NCBI GenBank assembly: GCA_002633005.1
Contig: NMRA01000511.1
Span: 154,084-218,083 of the forward strand
DNA: 64,000 nucleotides
Direction of reading: 5' to 3'
Origin: Phoronis australis
Lineage: Eukaryota; Animalia; Phoronida
Position numbers and translations under genes: made by a program. Numbering within the stretch: position 1 is the stretch's first letter; the number at the start of each line of letters is the position of its first letter. Shown one piece after another: positions 61,200 through 64,000 of this stretch. The notes beneath the pieces were generated by a model that was not told the origin of the DNA, ran no database searches, and saw nothing but the letters and a program-made list of their open reading frames with translations.

Positions 61200-63645
61200 A
61201 TACAACCACATTAACAGCTCAGAACTGCTTACAGGGAAAGAACTACGTAGAACTACGCCTGAAGAACACCAGGGGCGCTGTTTACACGGAACGACCGCCT
61301 GCTGACGGGCTACCTTGCGAGTGTAACTGTTCTGCATGTGACCTTTGATTGAAGGCTTTCAATCACACAGTAGCTAAGCAAAGTTATTACGCCTGTAAAA
61401 CACCAGGGGCGCTGCGTACACGGAATGAAGGGTAATTCTGACGGGCTATCTAGCGATTCCAACGATCCTGGCACCGTGAGCATCGACTGAAGGCTTTCAA
61501 TCGCACATTACTACAATTTACAGTTGTACAGCACTAGGGATGCTGCTTACACGGAAAGACAGGCTACCCTGACGAGCTAACTTGAGATATTGGCGATTGT
61601 GCACGAGCTGCGTACCTTGCGATTCTGCTTATTACCATCGTTTGAAGGCTTTTAATCATACAATGTACATGTACATTAGCAGCTTATAAGCGATTGTTCA
61701 CCAGAGGCGCTGCTCACACGGAATGACGGGCTACCCTGACGGGCTACCTTAAAAGAGGCCTGAACTGCATGCTTTAGCATTTTAATGTGAATTTTGAAAG
61801 TATAAAGGTTGGTTACTGGCATCCGCATACTCCTTAATAGTGCACAGTATTTTTCTTTTTTTACTTTGAAAAGTAAAAACTTATTAGTTCCGTAAAGCCT
61901 CACCGCAAGCGCTGTTTTTCGTGAAGTCACTGAGGCTGTACAGCCCAAAGAGATATAGGTCATTAGCCGTGCGAGTACGTAGTCCAATTGGACCTTCAAC
62001 ATGTGCATACTCTCAACATTTTTCGTTTTTCTTTCCTGTGACTTTGATTCATCACAGGGCCTAGCCAGCCAGCTAGCTGTATGAAGACTATCTTCAAAAT
62101 ACTACTAGGTACCAGTAGCACTGAGTGTTGAGCTCCGTTACACTCCGAACTTTCACATAGCCCGGGTAGTTCTGCTAGTCATCTCGTCGCGAAACTTATA
62201 TCAACGTGTAGAGCTCTGGCAGGGGAGCATGCAAATAACTGGGTGTCAACCGACACTCACCTTGCTCGCTGGAGCCATTTAAGTGAAAAACAATCGAGCA
62301 AACGTTATTTTATTTCATAATTCTCAGCCTTTTGTAACAAAGAAAACAGTACGCTCAACACACGCTATTTCCTAAAATTTTGCGACATCCGTCAGGAAAT
62401 GGTGACAGCTTCGCAGGAGCAAAAGTTTTAATGAAATTCGGTTCCCTGCTATTAAATTACTAAAAACTTGTAAGGAAATGAAATCAGCTCCAGCAATTTG
62501 TACATAACAGTTGGATCGCTTGGAAGAAGAACAACTCGGGGAACGAACGTGGCCAATAAGGCAGCAGGTGACAACGCCGAAAGCGGACCTGAAAGAGCGC
62601 ACCCAAATTTTAGCAGCAGAGTGAACGGCAAAACGTCAATTTTTTCAACGCCCGTCAATAAATTTGTTTACTCAAGGAACAGTATAATTTTTAATGACAC
62701 TAATTTTGGGTCAGATTTTATTTAATCCGGTTTTACCCACGCCGGTGCAATGGCCCCTGTATATATAATATAGAGCTGGCACCAAAGCAAGACTACGCAG
62801 TTGGAGCCCTTTCCTGGCCCTTGCCGAGAACGGCATCGTTCCCCTAATAGTGAACACTACACGGCAGTAAACTTGTATTATGAACTTTTGAGAGCTGAGA
62901 TCGCAGACGAATTATACTCATTAAGCACAATTCTGTAACCTACAGGCATTCACCCAATGAGCTATATACATAATAAGATTGATTTATCTTATTGCCTTCA
63001 CCCACGGCAGAGCCTCAGTGAGGTTAGACGCGCTTTAGCCAATAGGAATTAACATTTGGAAAACGCTTTTTTACAAAAATGTGAAAGGGTAACAGATATA
63101 GACTTAATTCATTAATTAAATTACATTAAAAATGCATGTTATCGTACTTCAGGTACTTTTTAAGTTTCTAGCGATCTGAACTGCAGATTGAACTGCTTTC
63201 AATAGCACATTAGCAGCTAATCAGCGATTCTACACCTGTTGGACACCAGGGGCGCTGCTTACAGGAAGTGATGGGCTACTGAGGCGGGCTACGTACCATG
63301 TGATACTAGCAATTCAGCACATTAGCCTTGATTGGAGGCTTTCCATCGCATATTATAGGAGCCAATCAGCGATTCTACATTAGTAGAACGGAAGAGGCGC
63401 TGTTTACAGGTATGATGAGCTACTATGATTGGCTGCTGACCTTGCGATTTTAACGATACTGCATGCTAGCATCGATTGAAGTCTTTCAATATCACACGTT
63501 AGCAGCACTACTCCTGTAGAACACTAGGGGGCGCTGCTTACATAGAATGTCGAGCTCATCTGACTGGCTACCTTGCGATTCTAACGATTCTGCAAAGCAT
63601 CGATCGAAGGCTTTCAATCGCTTATTAACAGCTAATCAGTGATTT
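61200..63645 (+). repeat. ~135-145-bp satellite (7 units) split by a transposon
   Basis: CACCAGGGGCGCTG.TTACACGGAA...GGGCTACCTTGCGA...GAAGGCTTTCAATC at 61267, 61401, 61532, 61699, 63244, about 63389, 63522. Confidence 0.88.
61753..63159 (+). mobile_element. Kolobok-like non-autonomous element (1.4 kb) inserted in the satellite
   Basis: TTAA at 61749-61752 and 63160-63163; degenerate TIR AAGAGGCCTGAACTGC / GTACTTCAGGTACTTT; removing it restores the monomer (GGCTACC-TTAA-GTTTCTAGCGAT versus consensus GGCTACCTTGCGATTCTAACGAT). Confidence 0.75.
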
Positions 63646-64000
63646 TTGATAGTCAAATCCTGAAATCGCTAGGGGGGTGAGGGCGACTTGCATTCCCACT
63701 AGGTGGGCCGCTAATCTGCGATTGCGTCAGCGCTATTGTTGCTAATCTTACCGTGGTAGAATAGCGCGCTATAATGCCGTTGTAAGGTTGCTAATATAGC
63801 AATTTTGCCAATCCTGCGGGCTTGTTTACACAAAGTAGTTTACAATAGAGTTCTGCGAAACGCGTGGATGATCCAGATGGGCCACTGACTCAACTGAAGA
63901 ACAAATCAAGTAAATATAAACACCAACAATCTGCTAGTGAAGAAGTAACATCAATAGTATTATCAAACCAACATTCTAAACAAAATATATCATGAATGTA

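Overview
Eukaryotic, AT-rich, repeat-dense genomic DNA from an invertebrate animal (spliceosomal introns, a brainiac-like gene, Kolobok/Academ/HINE-type repeats; a marine lophotrochozoan or similar is a guess). Two intact host genes, both on +: a single-coding-exon GT31 beta-1,3-glycosyltransferase of the brainiac type (26480-27670) and a 10-coding-exon SLC22 transporter (43875-52805, 581 aa by my splicing). The rest is mostly decayed or nested mobile DNA: a 4.7-kb element with ~0.9-kb inverted arms built from ~139-bp repeats (Academ-like ends), Kolobok-type TTAA elements (one with a THAP remnant and a matching empty site), a dead mariner, several LINE fragments (L1/Tx1, L2/CR1, one with RNase H), MITEs and a possible Transib/RAG1-core-like remnant. 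The most interesting signal is a Helentron-associated (HINE-like) element whose ~145-bp monomers carry same-orientation CTCF-like motifs, plus a second satellite with a similar core. A 2.4-kb tandem duplication joined at a single N is probably an assembly artefact. No CRISPR, rRNA or tRNA gene was seen. All family assignments are by eye and from memory of motifs; no searches were run.
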